DNA from: Octopus bimaculoides
Lineage: Eukaryota
Direction of reading: 5' to 3'
NCBI RefSeq assembly: GCF_001194135.2
Contig: NC_068991.1
Span: forward strand, 76,691,866-76,755,865
DNA length: 64,000 bases
Shown: in pieces, positions 11,765 to 24,395 of the stretch
Layout of the letters: each line of letters starts with the position of its first letter
Position numbering within the stretch: the stretch's first letter is position 1
Translations under genes and position numbers: made by a program
The notes under the pieces: generated by a model
The model's input: only the letters and a program-made list of their open reading frames with translations
Database searches by the model: none
What the model was told of the DNA's origin: nothing

Positions 11765-12360
11765 TATGAGATTTTTGGCTGCAAAGAGACAGGATTCTTT
11801 ATGTAAAGACTATTGTAAGAAGCGTGGGCTGTGATGAAAGGCTTGTATTGTAAAAAGTGTTTTCGATCGAGGGAACGATTGTGAGGTGAGGCGATGTGGG
11901 TTGTGTTGTAGGAAGTCAAGGGTGTGATGTGAGGAGACCGAATTGTCATCTAAACGTTGTGATGTAAGATTTGTAACTTAGGAAGACGGGGTTGTAATTA
12001 TAAAGAGAAAAAGCATCAGGAATGTAATCTAAGAATACATGTTGCGTCGTAAGAATACATTGTAACCCTGTCTCCGTACAGATCAACACTTATATCACAA
12101 TAATGTACAAAGACAGAGTTGTGTTGTAAACACATTTTTTTTCCGTAATCCAGTTTTTTAAGACGTGTGGTTGTGGTATAAAGATGCAGGGATGTGATGT
12201 AAAAAGACGGTACTGTGATATAAGAAGACAAGGCGTGATGTAAGTGTTTAAGGTAAGATTATGATATAAGAAAATGTAGTTATGATATAAAGAGTCAGGA
12301 TTGCATTGAAAAGAATCAGGACTGAGATGAAAAGAGACAATGTCGTGTTGTAAGAGATGT
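11765..12360. repeat. Highly degenerate ~20-bp satellite (GTTGTGATGTAAG-like), array 1
   Basis: Recurrent TTGTAAG/GTGATGTAAG/GAGACAGG motifs; 11765-11856 aligns with 13393-13488. Confidence 0.65.
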
Positions 12361-12619
12361 TTCCGTAATACAAGTTATCTTAATAAAAAGCCAGTTTCTA
12401 AGTAATCACAATTCTAATACCGCTCTATCCAGTACAGTTCCATTCAGTACAACTCCATCGAGTAATTCCTATGATGCAGGAACCGAAATGACGTTTAAGT
12501 CCGCAAAAAGGCTTCGATTCCTGGCAATAGCTTTATTCATGCTGCCGTTGTTTTCGAAAATTGAATGTTATGATGTCATATTCTCTCTCTCTCTTCCTCT
12601 CTCTCTATCTTTCTCCCTT

Positions 12620-12687
<68 letters not shown>

Positions 12688-13109
12688 AAACATGGAGGTG
12701 GAAGCTCGATATTGCTTCTCAACTCGATATACGTAATTATTGTGAAGAGATTTTACAGAGAAATTAGAATTTGTGGCAAGCATGCATTTCTTGTAAGCAT
12801 GAAACTACTTCCAGACTTGCATTGAGTTAATAGGTTTGAACATCCGCCGATAGAGATCTCTTGTTATAAAACTGTTAATTATATAACGTAGAGATTATAT
12901 AAAATATGATTAATTATAAAATGAATTGTTGCAGAGATTTATCAGCACATGCCTTAGATAAATCAATTATGTTATCAGTATTATTGGATATTAGAATGAG
13001 GTTGGTAAATCCATTGTAATATCGGTTTTCTGCATAATCTAGAGATATAGACTAAAATCCCTTAATCAGACGATGAAGTGCAGGGACGAGGGTTGATGGA
13101 GGAAGGTGG

Positions 13110-13560
13110 TGAAGGAGAGAGGGGTGCGTTTTAATGGTTGCGATGTATTGGGAATGAAAGGATATCGTGTTAGGAAATTGGTTGTAAGGGTTGTGCTATA
13201 ATAATTATGAGTGCAGATGCAAGGATTGTGTTGTAAGAAGATGGTTGTTATTATTTCTCCCCAAGTCAGTTAACAGATCTACAATCAAAGGCGTTCCAGT
13301 CGTGATCTTCTCGTCTTATTTGTTTTTAGATACAATATATCTAGTACTACATTTATTGAAGTGATCTTCTTTGAGGTATTATGGTGTGATTTGATGAAGA
13401 TTTGGCTGCAAGGAGACTAGGTCTTTATGTAAAGACCTCAACGTGAGATGTGTGGGTTGTGATGAGAGGATTGTATTGTAAAAAGCGATAGGAGGATCGT
13501 GCTGTAAGGAAATGGGGTTGCATTGTAAGGAGACAGGATTGTTATGTATGCTGCCAACTA
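13110..13560. repeat. Highly degenerate satellite, array 2 (same family as 11765-12360)
   Basis: GATTTGGCTGCAAGGAGACTAGGTCTTTATGTAAAGAC...TTGTATTGTAAAAAG matches array 1. Confidence 0.65.
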
Positions 13561-14029
13561 ACAAAAATTGATTTAATGCATGCATTTATTATCAGTGGGA
13601 CTGAGACTTGATATCTTATAATTTATAATTACTCTTATCAAACGACATGTTATCATTAACGGAAAATCGAATGAGTTGATATTTTGCATCTAATCACAGT
13701 ACCAACACAGGTTCGTTTTCAGTGACTCGGTACACTTACCTGTTTCTTAGGTACTATAGGACGATACAGTTTACTACACGTTTTATGCTCACTTGCAGAG
13801 TGCTGGGATCAAACCCTTTCGTTCATCTAGAAAAAGCAATAGGAAATTCTCTCCAGTGTATTGTTGCTTGGAATCAGTAGGATTACCAAAAGTTTTATCT
13901 CCAAGAATCATTTTCAACGATATTAACTTGGTAAATAAACACCAAAAAGAAAAAATAATCAGAAAGATCGCAGCAATGATGAATTTGCTAATTAAATATA
14001 TTTTATAAAATCTCTGTGTTTTATAATTA

Positions 14030-14165
14030 ATATTCCATCGAGGTCAACTTTGCCTTTCATCCTTTCAGAGTTGATAAAATAAATACCACCTGACCACTGA
14101 GTTCGATTTAATCGATTTACGCCCTTCCTCGAAATTGGTGGTCTGTACCAAAATTTGAAACTAAT
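14030..14165 (+). mobile_element. 5'-truncated SINE (Meta-like domain plus tail)
   Basis: GAGGTCAACTTTGCCTTTCATCCTTTCAGAGTTGATAAAATAAATACC...CAAAATTTGAAAC. Confidence 0.8.
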
Positions 14166-14831
14166 GCTTCTATAGCTAAGACTATATCGATGAATGTTCA
14201 AAACCACTCACCAGTAGACACTAGTAGCTTATGTTTGACAAAAAGTAGATAAAAGTAGTTCAGACATAAAACGAAAACACTTTTAAGGGGAATGGCATTC
14301 ACCATCCACCAGTAATACTCTTCGCACTTTCGTCCGGTCCCTTCAAAAACATTTTAAAATTTATTTATAAAGATAACAATAGCAAGCCAGTATTTTTTAG
14401 TCATTAATTTCACTTGTTTAGTTCAATGCACAAAAAATATAATCAATAAAGTCTAATTTTATTTTTCGTGATAGTATATTTTTATGTTGGATTCTAATAG
14501 TTAGTCTCTGGCAAAAGAAAAATATACAAAGAATCTACGAGCAAAACGAGGGTCTCCGACATTTTAGAAATTAATCAAATCATCAAATTACAAATATTAG
14601 TCTATTGTTGTTGTTGTTGTTACTATAAACACTGACGCTTCGCGTTGGCATCAATATGTAAAGTTATATAGTACGCCCCCTCGTGACTGATTTTTGTGTA
14701 ATTGTACATTGTAAATAGTGAAATATGTCAAAACGAATTTACATTTGCGTCAATACGATACTTGCTATGGCATAAAATACCAATTTCATTCTATTATATC
14801 AATTTATAATCTTATCACTTTGCTCTTATTT

Positions 14832-14861
<30 letters not shown>

Positions 14862-14864
<3 letters not shown>

Positions 14865-15037
14865 GGTTTCAAATTTAGGCACACGGCCACTACGTAACTG
14901 GGTACTTATTTTATCGACCCCGAAAGGGATGAAAAGCAAAGTCGACCGCGGCGGAATTTGAGCTAAGAACGTAAAGACGGACGAAATGTCGCGAAGCATT
15001 TTGCCCGGTATGCTAACGATTCTGCCAGCTCACTACC
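14862..15037 (-). mobile_element. SINE inserted between (TAA)n tracts
   Basis: Minus strand GGTAGTGAGCTGGCAGAATCGTTAGCATACCGGGCAAAATGC...GTCGATAAAATAAGTACCCAG...GAAACCG; TAA runs on both sides. Confidence 0.85.
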
Positions 15038-15430
<393 letters not shown>

Positions 15431-16339
15431 TTTGGAGGTTTCAAAGCGACGAAAATATTTTGACAAATTAAATTTATATGTTGAAGTGAATCTAACGGTT
15501 TTTGTATGTTTTTAAATGGCTTATAAACATCTTCCACGCTTCAATTGATTTTGTTTCAGCACACGATCTCAGATCAGGTCACTTGCTATGCAAGTACATC
15601 TCCGTAACATCAACACAAAATGTGTTAGTTAACGCATTCAATGTACACACTTAATGTATATAGTGTAAGAAGAGTTGATGAATATGCACCCGAAATCCGA
15701 AATTGACTCTTGAATAACTTCGTGGTAAAACGAATACAAAACAATTTCTATTGGTAAGTATGTGTGTTTAGGTATATATGTATGTGCGTGTGTGGTGTGT
15801 GTCAGTGCGTGTGTGTTTAGGTGTGTATGTTGTATATTATAAATATGTATGTGTTTAGAGATGCATTTCAATATGTTTTAGTAACGCGAAACCTCATTGT
15901 GCCTTTTGGCACTTGAGGTGACTGCAAAATCATTCCATCGTCTGACACTAAAAGCGTCCTTGACAACTTGTTCCATTGTATATATGTATGTTCATATATA
16001 TAATTTATATATCATATATATTATATATTTATAAATGTACGCGTGTGTGTACGTGTGTGTGGTGTGTGCGCGTGTGCACGTGTGTGTGTGTATGCGTGCG
16101 TCTATGTGCATGTGTGCATGTATGCGTATGTGTGCGTCTATGTGCGTGTGCGTATGTGTGTGTGTATGTGCACTAAACACTCCTCCGAATCACAAAATTC
16201 AGAACATTCAACCTATATGGCCTTATCATGTTCAAAGAGACTTACAAAATAAATTTGACAACATAATGAATATTTAGCCACTTTCAGTATTAGATTTAAT
16301 GAAGCTGCTATCTTTAGCACGATTTACGAGAAATGTGAA

Positions 16340-17100
16340 AGTTGATTGGACAAAGTTGTTGACTACCATTTATGGAAACAAGGAAATTGCGAGTACAATG
16401 AGATGAAAATGATGTATAAATCATACCCTTTTAGCTTTACCCCAGATTTACGAGAGCAAGTCAAAAATTATATGCACTTTTGTTTCAGTAGTTTATTAAA
16501 CCAAAAGCAAGAGAAAAAGAATTACATCAGTTTGTGACAGTCTCCTCACTTTTTTATGTATTTCTAATGGTCTACAAGCTTATTCAATTGGAGAAGGTTT
16601 TTGGCTGGTTGCATTCATGCACCGCTTTCTGCGCTTCTTCATCCTTAGCAAATCGACAACCTCGTAGAGGATGTTTTCAGCAGTCCAAAAAGGTGATAGT
16701 TGGAAGGGGCGGAATGTGGACTATATGCAGGGCGTTTTAGCAACTCTAAACTTAATTTTTCAATGGTGTGAGCGGCCGTATGTGAGCTTGCAATGTCATG
16801 CTACAAAAACATTTGTTTTGACAATAGACCTCAGCATTTTACGCGAATTGCCAGAAAGAAAACTGAAGCAATCAAGATCAAACCACGGTTCCGTAATCGC
16901 AAGAGTACCAATTTTTGGCACACGAGCGCTGAAGGCAGTGCGGTCAATCTAAAAAAAGGTTTTGGTGAAAGTGTGGGTAATTTTTGACTTCTTGTGTACA
17001 TAGATACGTAATGGATATCTCTCAGATGGTTAAATAAGGATGTGAGATTTATGCAGGAGGCTTGCATCAGTACTTGAATGAAGCTTATTCTATCAACTCC
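16340..17100 (+). pseudogene. Possible degenerate DNA transposase of unassigned superfamily
   Basis: Chain of short plus-strand ORFs (DLREQVKNYMHFCFSSLLNQKQEKKNY; GEGFWLVAFMHRFL; PYVSLQCHATKTFVLTIDLSILREL) loosely resembling an invertebrate transposase-like family with a PGAxHHARxM motif. Weak match by eye. Confidence 0.3.
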
Positions 17101-17669
17101 GAAAGATGTAATGCCAAACTGGTCTTGGCGGTATTGGAAACAAGAACATTTTATTCAACGCTGAAATGATTCCGTCTGGTCGACACTCAAAGATGGCTAA
17201 ATAGAAGAAAAATAAATAAACAGAAAATGTTCTTACTTTATTACTTAGACGTAAACATAAGTATTATTCCAAGAACCTTTGCAAACCAAACTGTGATTTC
17301 TCAGTCTGATAGACTCAAATTTTCAGAAATCTTAGCAGGTAAGATCCGTAAAGAAAATGTGTAAACGGAAGGAATTTCAGAAATGTGTAGTTCTAGAGGA
17401 GAAGGACAAGCTAAGAGATTTATTAGCAATGGGGATGTTATGAGCCAGACATTAGACTGTATTCTGTGGTGAGATCCCAGCACAGGAGTTCAGGATTTTG
17501 GTAGTTTGGGGGGGGGGGAGTATGGCGTCACCCCTTAGTCCTCACTACTTCCAGGTATTCTCTGATCCGGGGTGTCAGTACCTGCCAAGGCTCCAAATTA
17601 TAGGTCAAACAGCTGAAGACAGTCATATAGCTAAGACATACAAGGCTCGTAGGAACTGGACCCTTGACA

Positions 17670-18052
17670 TAGGCATGCACGTGGCTGTATGGTTAAGTTC
17701 GCTCACAACCACGTGGTTTCGGGTTCAGTTCCTTTTCAGGGCTCCTTGAACAAGTCTCTTTTACAATAGCCCCGGGGTTGACCAATGCTTTGTGAGTGAA
17801 TTTGGTAGGTGGAAACTGTGTTGAAACCCGTCATATATGCATTGATGCGTGTATTTGTGTTTGTTCTGCTACCATTTGACAACCGGTATTGTTTTGTTTA
17901 CGTCCCTTGATTTACCATTTCGGCAAAGACAGATCGATAGAATAGGTATTAGGTTTTTAAAAAGGTATAAGCACAGTAAGCACCGGGGTCAGTTTGCCCG
18001 ACCATTTAAGGTGCAGCCCTGGCATGCCCCCAATCTAATAACTGAAACAAGT
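17670..18052 (+). mobile_element. Near full-length tRNA-derived SINE
   Basis: Head TAGGCATGCACGTGGCTGTATGGTTAAG..GGTTTCGGGTTCAGTTCC (A/B-box-like), body GCCCCGGGGTTGACCAATGCTTTGTGAGTGAATTTGGTAGG, tail GGCATGCCCCCAATCTAATAACTGAAACAAGTAAAA. Confidence 0.85.
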
Positions 18053-18835
18053 AAAAAAAAATGAACGAAAACAAGAGAAATAGAAATAATCCATTTCTAA
18101 ATCTCTCAGAGAGATTTATGCAGTAGCAGCACGATAAGGTGATAGTATGTTGTCAACAGGCGAAGAGGAAAACAGCTCCAATAGTTAACACTATTTTGGA
18201 TTATTATTTACCTGAAAAATAATTAAAATTGTAATTCACATGTTTTAATTAGCCCTTCATATTTACCATTGATTATTCTAACTTAATGGAATTATCTGTT
18301 TACGGTACCGTCTTCTCAGATTTGTTACGGAAGGGTTAATATGTTCAAATATTGGCCAACGACTAGATTTCTGTAAATTAAGTAAAGATCATCGAAAACC
18401 CGATATGACGAACTGTGGATTATTGAACAGATTATACTTTGAAAAAAAGCAATTATCTTTGCGCATCACAAAAATTGGTAAACGAAAGCAGGACAAACAA
18501 ATTCTTTGATGTTACTGGCAGTACAAAAGGACGGGGAAATAGCCATTAACGAATCTAATTTGAAGACCGCAGAAGTAGTTTTAAAATAGTTTTTACTGAA
18601 ATATATGAAAAGAGAGATATCACCAGATCTATCTTTTCCTTGCGTATAAATATTATTCTGAAGATATGTCCTAGAGGTTAGGATATTTGGCTCGTGATTA
18701 TAAGGTCTTAGGTTCAATTTCTGCTCTAGGCAGTGCACTGTGTCCTTCAGTGCAGTACTTCATTGAACGTTGTTTCTGTCTATTCGGCTGTAAATTAGTA
18801 TCAACTCGATACTGTTGCAGCTCTCTTCCCATCTG

Positions 18836-18896
<61 letters not shown>

Positions 18897-19455
18897 NNNN
18901 NNNNNNNNNNNNNNNNNNNNNNNNNNNNNNNNNNNNNNNNNNNNNNNNNNNNNNNNNNNNNNNNNNNNNNNNNNNNNNNNNNNNNNNNNNNNNNNNNNNN
19001 NNNNNNNNNNNNNNNNNNNNNNNNNNNNNNNNNNNNNNNNNNNNNNNNNNNNNNNNNNNNNNNNNNNNNNNNNNNNNNNNNNNNNNNNNNNNNNNNNNNN
19101 NNNNNNNNNNNNNNNNNNNNNNNNNNNNNNNNNNNNNNNNNNNNNNNNNNNNNNNNNNNNNNNNNNNNNNNNNNNNNNNNNNNNNNNNNNNNNNNNNNNN
19201 NNNNNNNNNNNNNNNNNNNNNNNNNNNNNNNNNNNNNNNNNNNNNNNNNNNNNNNNNNNNNNNNNNNNNNNNNNNNNNNNNNNNNNNNNNNNNNNNNNNN
19301 NNNNNNNNNNNNNNNNNNNNNNNNNNNNNNNNNNNNNNNNNNNNNNNNNNNNNNNNNNNNNNNNNNNNNNNNNNNNNNNNNNNNNNNNNNNATATATATA
19401 TATATGCAGTTAATAAGTATAACACTACTTCTCCATTTTCTGGATTTTAATTTGA

Positions 19456-19488
<33 letters not shown>

Positions 19489-20800
19489 TATCGATCTATC
19501 TAATTCTTTCCTTTCCCAAATGTACCACAGATCACAGAGAGATGAATGTCTGCTCACGACATCATATGCACCTAAAACAAATAGCGAAAGCATGGTGTAT
19601 GGTATGCTACCAAACCATAATCGCTCGGAAGTGGCGGCTCGCTGGGCATACTTAAATATAATATTATTGAATAAAAAAAAATAACTGAATTGTGGATGTT
19701 TAAATATACATTTATTCCTACATAACTCAATATAATATATCTAATAGTAGAAAAACAGCAGTTCTTCCTTGAATCTTATTTATTTGATAATCTGTCAGAT
19801 TTTTCATGATTTTCCTATGTTGTCAGTTATTAGATAGAACATTATCTGATGACACGTCATCTAAATAAATTATGAACAACTGAACGGATAAACATATTAA
19901 ATTTCTGGGTATCTTCACCAAACATTGCTGGTAATTTTTTTATCATAAACAAGTTGACACATCAATTGTAAATATGAAATATTAGATATTGTAGAATATT
20001 GTGTTTTTTTTTTTTTAAGAGTACACAAATAGGTGTGTATATTTACCTGACTAAATGGCAGTTAGTTTTGATACAACGAGATTCGGAAATATTTCAACAA
20101 GTAGAAAAATGTGTTATTTTCTAAATTGCTTTTAGAAATATTTGTAAAAGCTAAGAGAGATTTAAAGAAAAATCATGAGATAGCTCTGTGACTTGCGTCA
20201 CACGGCTAGCTCATGTGATTCTCTTAGGTTCTCTCGAGAAAAACTGATTTTACTTATTGCTTTATCCAGACACCTAGAGTAATTTCGGACCAAAACTTTT
20301 GAGAAAACAATCGTAAATTAGGCAATTCCCTGTCTGCTCAAAATATTGATTTGCCTGACCTTGTGTCTATTTGCAAATAGGTGAAACACATCAGCGTGAT
20401 GTATCTTGGTTATAATCACTCCTCAAGCGTTCACGAAATTAGAACTGCTGAGCTCTCAATTTCTTAGCAATTTCTCTAATAACACAAACGTTTGAATGTC
20501 TCAATAGAAATTAATGCGAAAATGATTGTTTATGTCTAAACTAGAATTACAACATTAAGTAAATAACGGCAAAGACATGAGGTAAAATAAAGGACAATAT
20601 AATATATTAAAGTGTTATCCATCATATAATGGGTAACTGTGGAAGTATATTTTTGCCACCGTTGGGTGATATCAAGAAATAAAGAAAACATACAATAATT
20701 ATAATTTAATTGTTATCAAATTTAACAGTTATCTTGTTGCTTATACAAAATTCATGAAATGGATACTCATTTCTAAAACAATTGTGATTTCTTTAAAATA

Positions 20801-20909
20801 CAGGGTGGACCAAAACTCACGCACCATGAATTTGTTTTGAAATTAGTTTTCGGAACGTACAGTATATATTAAATATTTAATTTTAGTGTGTGACTTTTGG
20901 CCCATCCCG
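20801..20909. mobile_element. 109-bp Tc1/mariner-type MITE
   Basis: TA|CAGGGTGGACCAAAACTCACGCAC ... GTGTGTGACTTTTGGCCCATCCCG|TA; 19/24 TIR identity with TA on both sides. Confidence 0.75.
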
Positions 20910-21076
20910 TATTATTAAATAAAATGTATTTCTCATTTGTATAACTCCTCCCACAAATATCCTATCATTGACCCCTATCGGTTCCTCTTCTTCCTCCTCC
21001 CACCAAGATTGACTTTCGAACTCCTGCATCTCTCTTAACTCTTTCTATTTCTCTTTTTCACCCTCTCTCTCCCCCA

Positions 21077-21146
<70 letters not shown>

Positions 21147-21211
21147 TCTTTCTCTTCGAGGAAAAGCGTGACTGGAAAATGCAACTAATCAACCAACGTG
21201 TATATCGGTTT

Positions 21212-21313
21212 AAGGCGGCGAGCTGGCAGAATCGTAAGCACTCCGGGCGAAATGCTTAGTGGTATTTCGTCTGTCTACGTTCTGAGTTCAAATTCCGCCA
21301 AGGTCGACTTTGC
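21212..21313 (+). mobile_element. SINE 5' half, split by a MITE insertion
   Basis: AAGGCGGCGAGCTGGCAGAATCGTAAGC...AAATTCCGCCAAGGTCGACTTTGC; resumes at 21883. Confidence 0.9.
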
Positions 21314-21882
21314 GGATCTATTTTAAAACGGGGGCCACATTTTTCATTAATGTTTTACGTAGTGTTTTTGGTACGGAAAGACTTTCAAACTTCGTATACT
21401 TATCTATTTTGTGTTATAGAACAGAAAAATATTTTTGTATTCGAATTTATTTCATGTAAAAAATTGTCTTATTTCGATAATTTCAACCAATCACTGACAA
21501 GTATTCAGTTGTTTATATTTACTCCTTTGGCTGATTAAGCGATGTAAAGCGTATTTAATCTCCATACCTTCGTTTNNNNNNNNNNTGCTTTAACCCTAAC
21601 CCTAGGGTTAGAGTTAGGGTTAGGGTTAGGGTTAGGGTTAATTGTTTCAGAATCGTTTGTTTATGTAGTCGGCACTTAATGTATATCGGCTGAATGGACG
21701 TCAGTGATTGGTTGAAATTACAGAAATACGACAACTTTAACATGGAATAACTTATGGATTTCTTTTTTTTTTTTTAAGAAGACTAAGAGAAAAAGATGTT
21801 TTATATGACACATTCTACCAGTGTTCCAAGTTTCAAAGTGTTTCGTTAATTAAAAATGCGGCCCCCGTTTTAAAAAAGATCA
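21314..21882. mobile_element. Foldback MITE with 8-bp TSD, Merlin-like
   Basis: TSD GACTTTGC at 21306-21313 and 21883-21890; 37-bp terminal IRs 33/37 identical, left end starting GGATCT; perfect 21-bp inner IR at 21478-21498 / 21700-21720. Confidence 0.85.
21591..21640. repeat. Interstitial telomeric repeats, head-to-head (TAACCC)2 / (TTAGGG)n
   Basis: TAACCCTAACCCTAGGGTTAGAGTTAGGGTTAGGGTTAGGGTTAGGGTTA, in the centre of the MITE. Confidence 0.9.
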
Positions 21883-21975
21883 GACTTTGCTTTCATTCTT
21901 TCGGGGTCGATAAATTAAGTACCAGTTGCGTACTGGAGTCGATCTAATCGACTGGCCCCTTCCCCAAAAATGCGT
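21883..21975 (+). mobile_element. SINE 3' half, continuation of 21212-21313
   Basis: GACTTTGCTTTCATTCTTTCGGGGTCGATAAATTAAGTACCAGTTGCGTACTGGAGTCGATCTAATCGACTGGCCCC. Confidence 0.9.
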
Positions 21976-22629
21976 ATATGTATGTGTCTATGTGTGAATA
22001 TATACGAGCATACAAAAATACGCATACACACATACATACACATATAAATGTGTATGTATGTATGTGTGTACATATTCAAATCCTAAAAATTTGAATAATA
22101 CCTGCGTTTAACTCCATTTCTTAATTTATCTATGTCATTAAAAACATTTCACTAAACCCTGGAACTTCTACCTTTCTAAGTAGGCTGTTACATCCTTGGT
22201 ACTTGTGTGAATTTTTGCTACCCTGGTAACTATCTATTTCTTCCGTATTATTTGTGCACATTGAAAAAATAAACATGCATTTATGTATGTATGTATATAT
22301 GTATGTATGTATGTATGTATGCGTGCATGTAGATAAAACTCCATCGTAGTGTACAGGGATGTAGAAAAATAATAATAGAAAGTAAAAATGAAATCGCAAG
22401 TTATGGCGTTCTTCTTTCTTTATTATATAAAGATAATAATAATAATAATAATAAAAACTGTTAGGTTGTTTGTGTTGTTGTCTCGTGCTGGAGAATCAAC
22501 GTTTCCATTGATCGACAACAAGACAAAAAAAGGAAACATAAATAAAAGGATTAGATTTTTTACATCTTTATTTAAAGAAGCAATGTCTCCATTACTTCTG
22601 ACTAATTTTTCTTTCCATTATTATTATCA

Positions 22630-22975
22630 CTGTGTGCGTGTGTGTGTGTGTGTGAGCGTGTTTGTGTATGTGTGTGTGTTTGTGTGCGTGCGTGCGTGTT
22701 TGTGTGTTTGTTTGTGCGTGTGTATTTGTGTGTGTTTGTGTATGTTTGTATGTGTGTGTGTGCTTGTGTGTTTGTGTGTGTGCGTGTTTGTGTGTTTGTT
22801 TGTTTGTGTATGTGTGTTTGTGTATGTTTGTATATGTGTGTGTTTGTGTGTTTGTGTATGTTTGTATGTGTGTGTGCTTGTGTGTTTCTGTGTGTGCGTG
22901 TTTGTGTGTGTGCGTGTTTGTGTGTGTGTGCGTTTGTGTGTGTGTGTGTGTTGTATGTGTGTGTGTGTGTGTGCA
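22630..22975. repeat. Imperfect GT/GTTT-rich simple repeat
   Basis: Read directly. Confidence 0.9.
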
Positions 22976-23207
22976 AATAGGAACAGCTTTTCTTTCAATC
23001 ATATATTAAAGAGATGGTTATGTTCAAACCTGATCTTTTTTTTAATAACGGACTTTTAGTATTCCCTCTTTCGTTCTTTCGGTTTCGTGTGACACAATAA
23101 CTTTCTTAAATTCATTAGTATATTGTCCTATCGGAAATTTCACAATGCCATTTTCAAATTAATAATGCTGATAATGCCAAGCTGTCCGCGCATCTCCCCA
23201 ATAACAC

Positions 23208-23210
23208 CTG

Positions 23211-23241
<31 letters not shown>
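23208..23241. repeat. (GCA)n microsatellite
   Basis: About 11 GCA units read directly. Confidence 0.9.
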
Positions 23242-23242
<1 letters not shown>

Positions 23243-23489
23243 CAAATGACGATTCCACAGGATAAACAAGTATATTGCCTCCCTTACCGACTACAAACAG
23301 AAGGAAACTTCAACATAGCTACAATCAACGGCACCACGCAATCACTTTAGTAGCATTCCTTTTCTAAGTCCACCTTGTGACTTGGTATACTCAATGGAAA
23401 CCAAGCTTGCCAACCAACAATAAGGAAATAAGGAGTCACCTTTCAAGCCGAAGGGGCCAAGATCTCGCTAACTATGGTTATATGGAAGA

Positions 23490-23520
<31 letters not shown>

Positions 23521-23878
23521 CATACATACATACATACATACATACATACATACATACATACATACATACATACATACATGCATACATACANNNNNNNNNN
23601 NNNNNNNNNNNNNNNNNNNNNNNNNNNNNNNNNNNNNNNNNNNNNNNNNNNNNNNNNNNNNNNNNNNNNNNNNNNNNNNNNNNNNNNNNNNNNNNNNNNN
23701 NNNNNNNNNNNNNNNNNNNNNNNNNNNNNNNNNNNNNNNNNNNNNNNNNNNNNNNNNNNNNNNNNNNNNNNNNNNNNNNNNNNNNNNNNNNNNNNNNNNN
23801 NNNNNNNNNNNNNNNNNNNNNNNNNNNATATGTATAGATATACGTATGTGTGTTCGGGAATGTGTATAAACATATATG

Positions 23879-23914
<36 letters not shown>

Positions 23915-23945
23915 TGTGTGTATGTTTGTATAAATATGTATGCAC

Positions 23946-23987
<42 letters not shown>

Positions 23988-24249
23988 GCACACACACACA
24001 CACACACAACTAGAATCCAATCACGAAGCCACATTCCACAGATTTTTGAAACAACTTCCATAAATCTCACTTTTCATATTGGTAACAAAATCAAGGAACC
24101 ATTACATTTCGAAATGTCACATCATTACACTTAAACGACTCAGAGAAGTTTACTTCATGCAAAAGAAATTTCAAGTATTCCTGTAGACTGGTTCCACTCA
24201 AAATACTAATGCATGGCCCTGAATGTAGTTCAGGCATTCGCTTAGACAG

Positions 24250-24395
24250 ACAAATAGACAGACGGATAGACAGACAGATTAGACAGACAGACAGACAGAT
24301 TAGACAGACAGACAGTCAGTCAGACAGACAGACAGACAGACAGACAGGCTGGCAGGCCAGCAGACAGAGAGACAGCAGACAGACAGACAGATAGG
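24250..24395. repeat. (GACA)n imperfect microsatellite
   Basis: Read directly. Confidence 0.9.

Noticed and set aside
21591-21640. Chromosome end-to-end fusion site
   Set aside because: The telomeric repeats lie inside a MITE that has TIRs and a TSD and itself interrupts a SINE.
23123-23350. 75-aa ORF with poly-Ala
   Set aside because: Driven by a (GCA)n tract; no recognisable domain or consistent splice signals.
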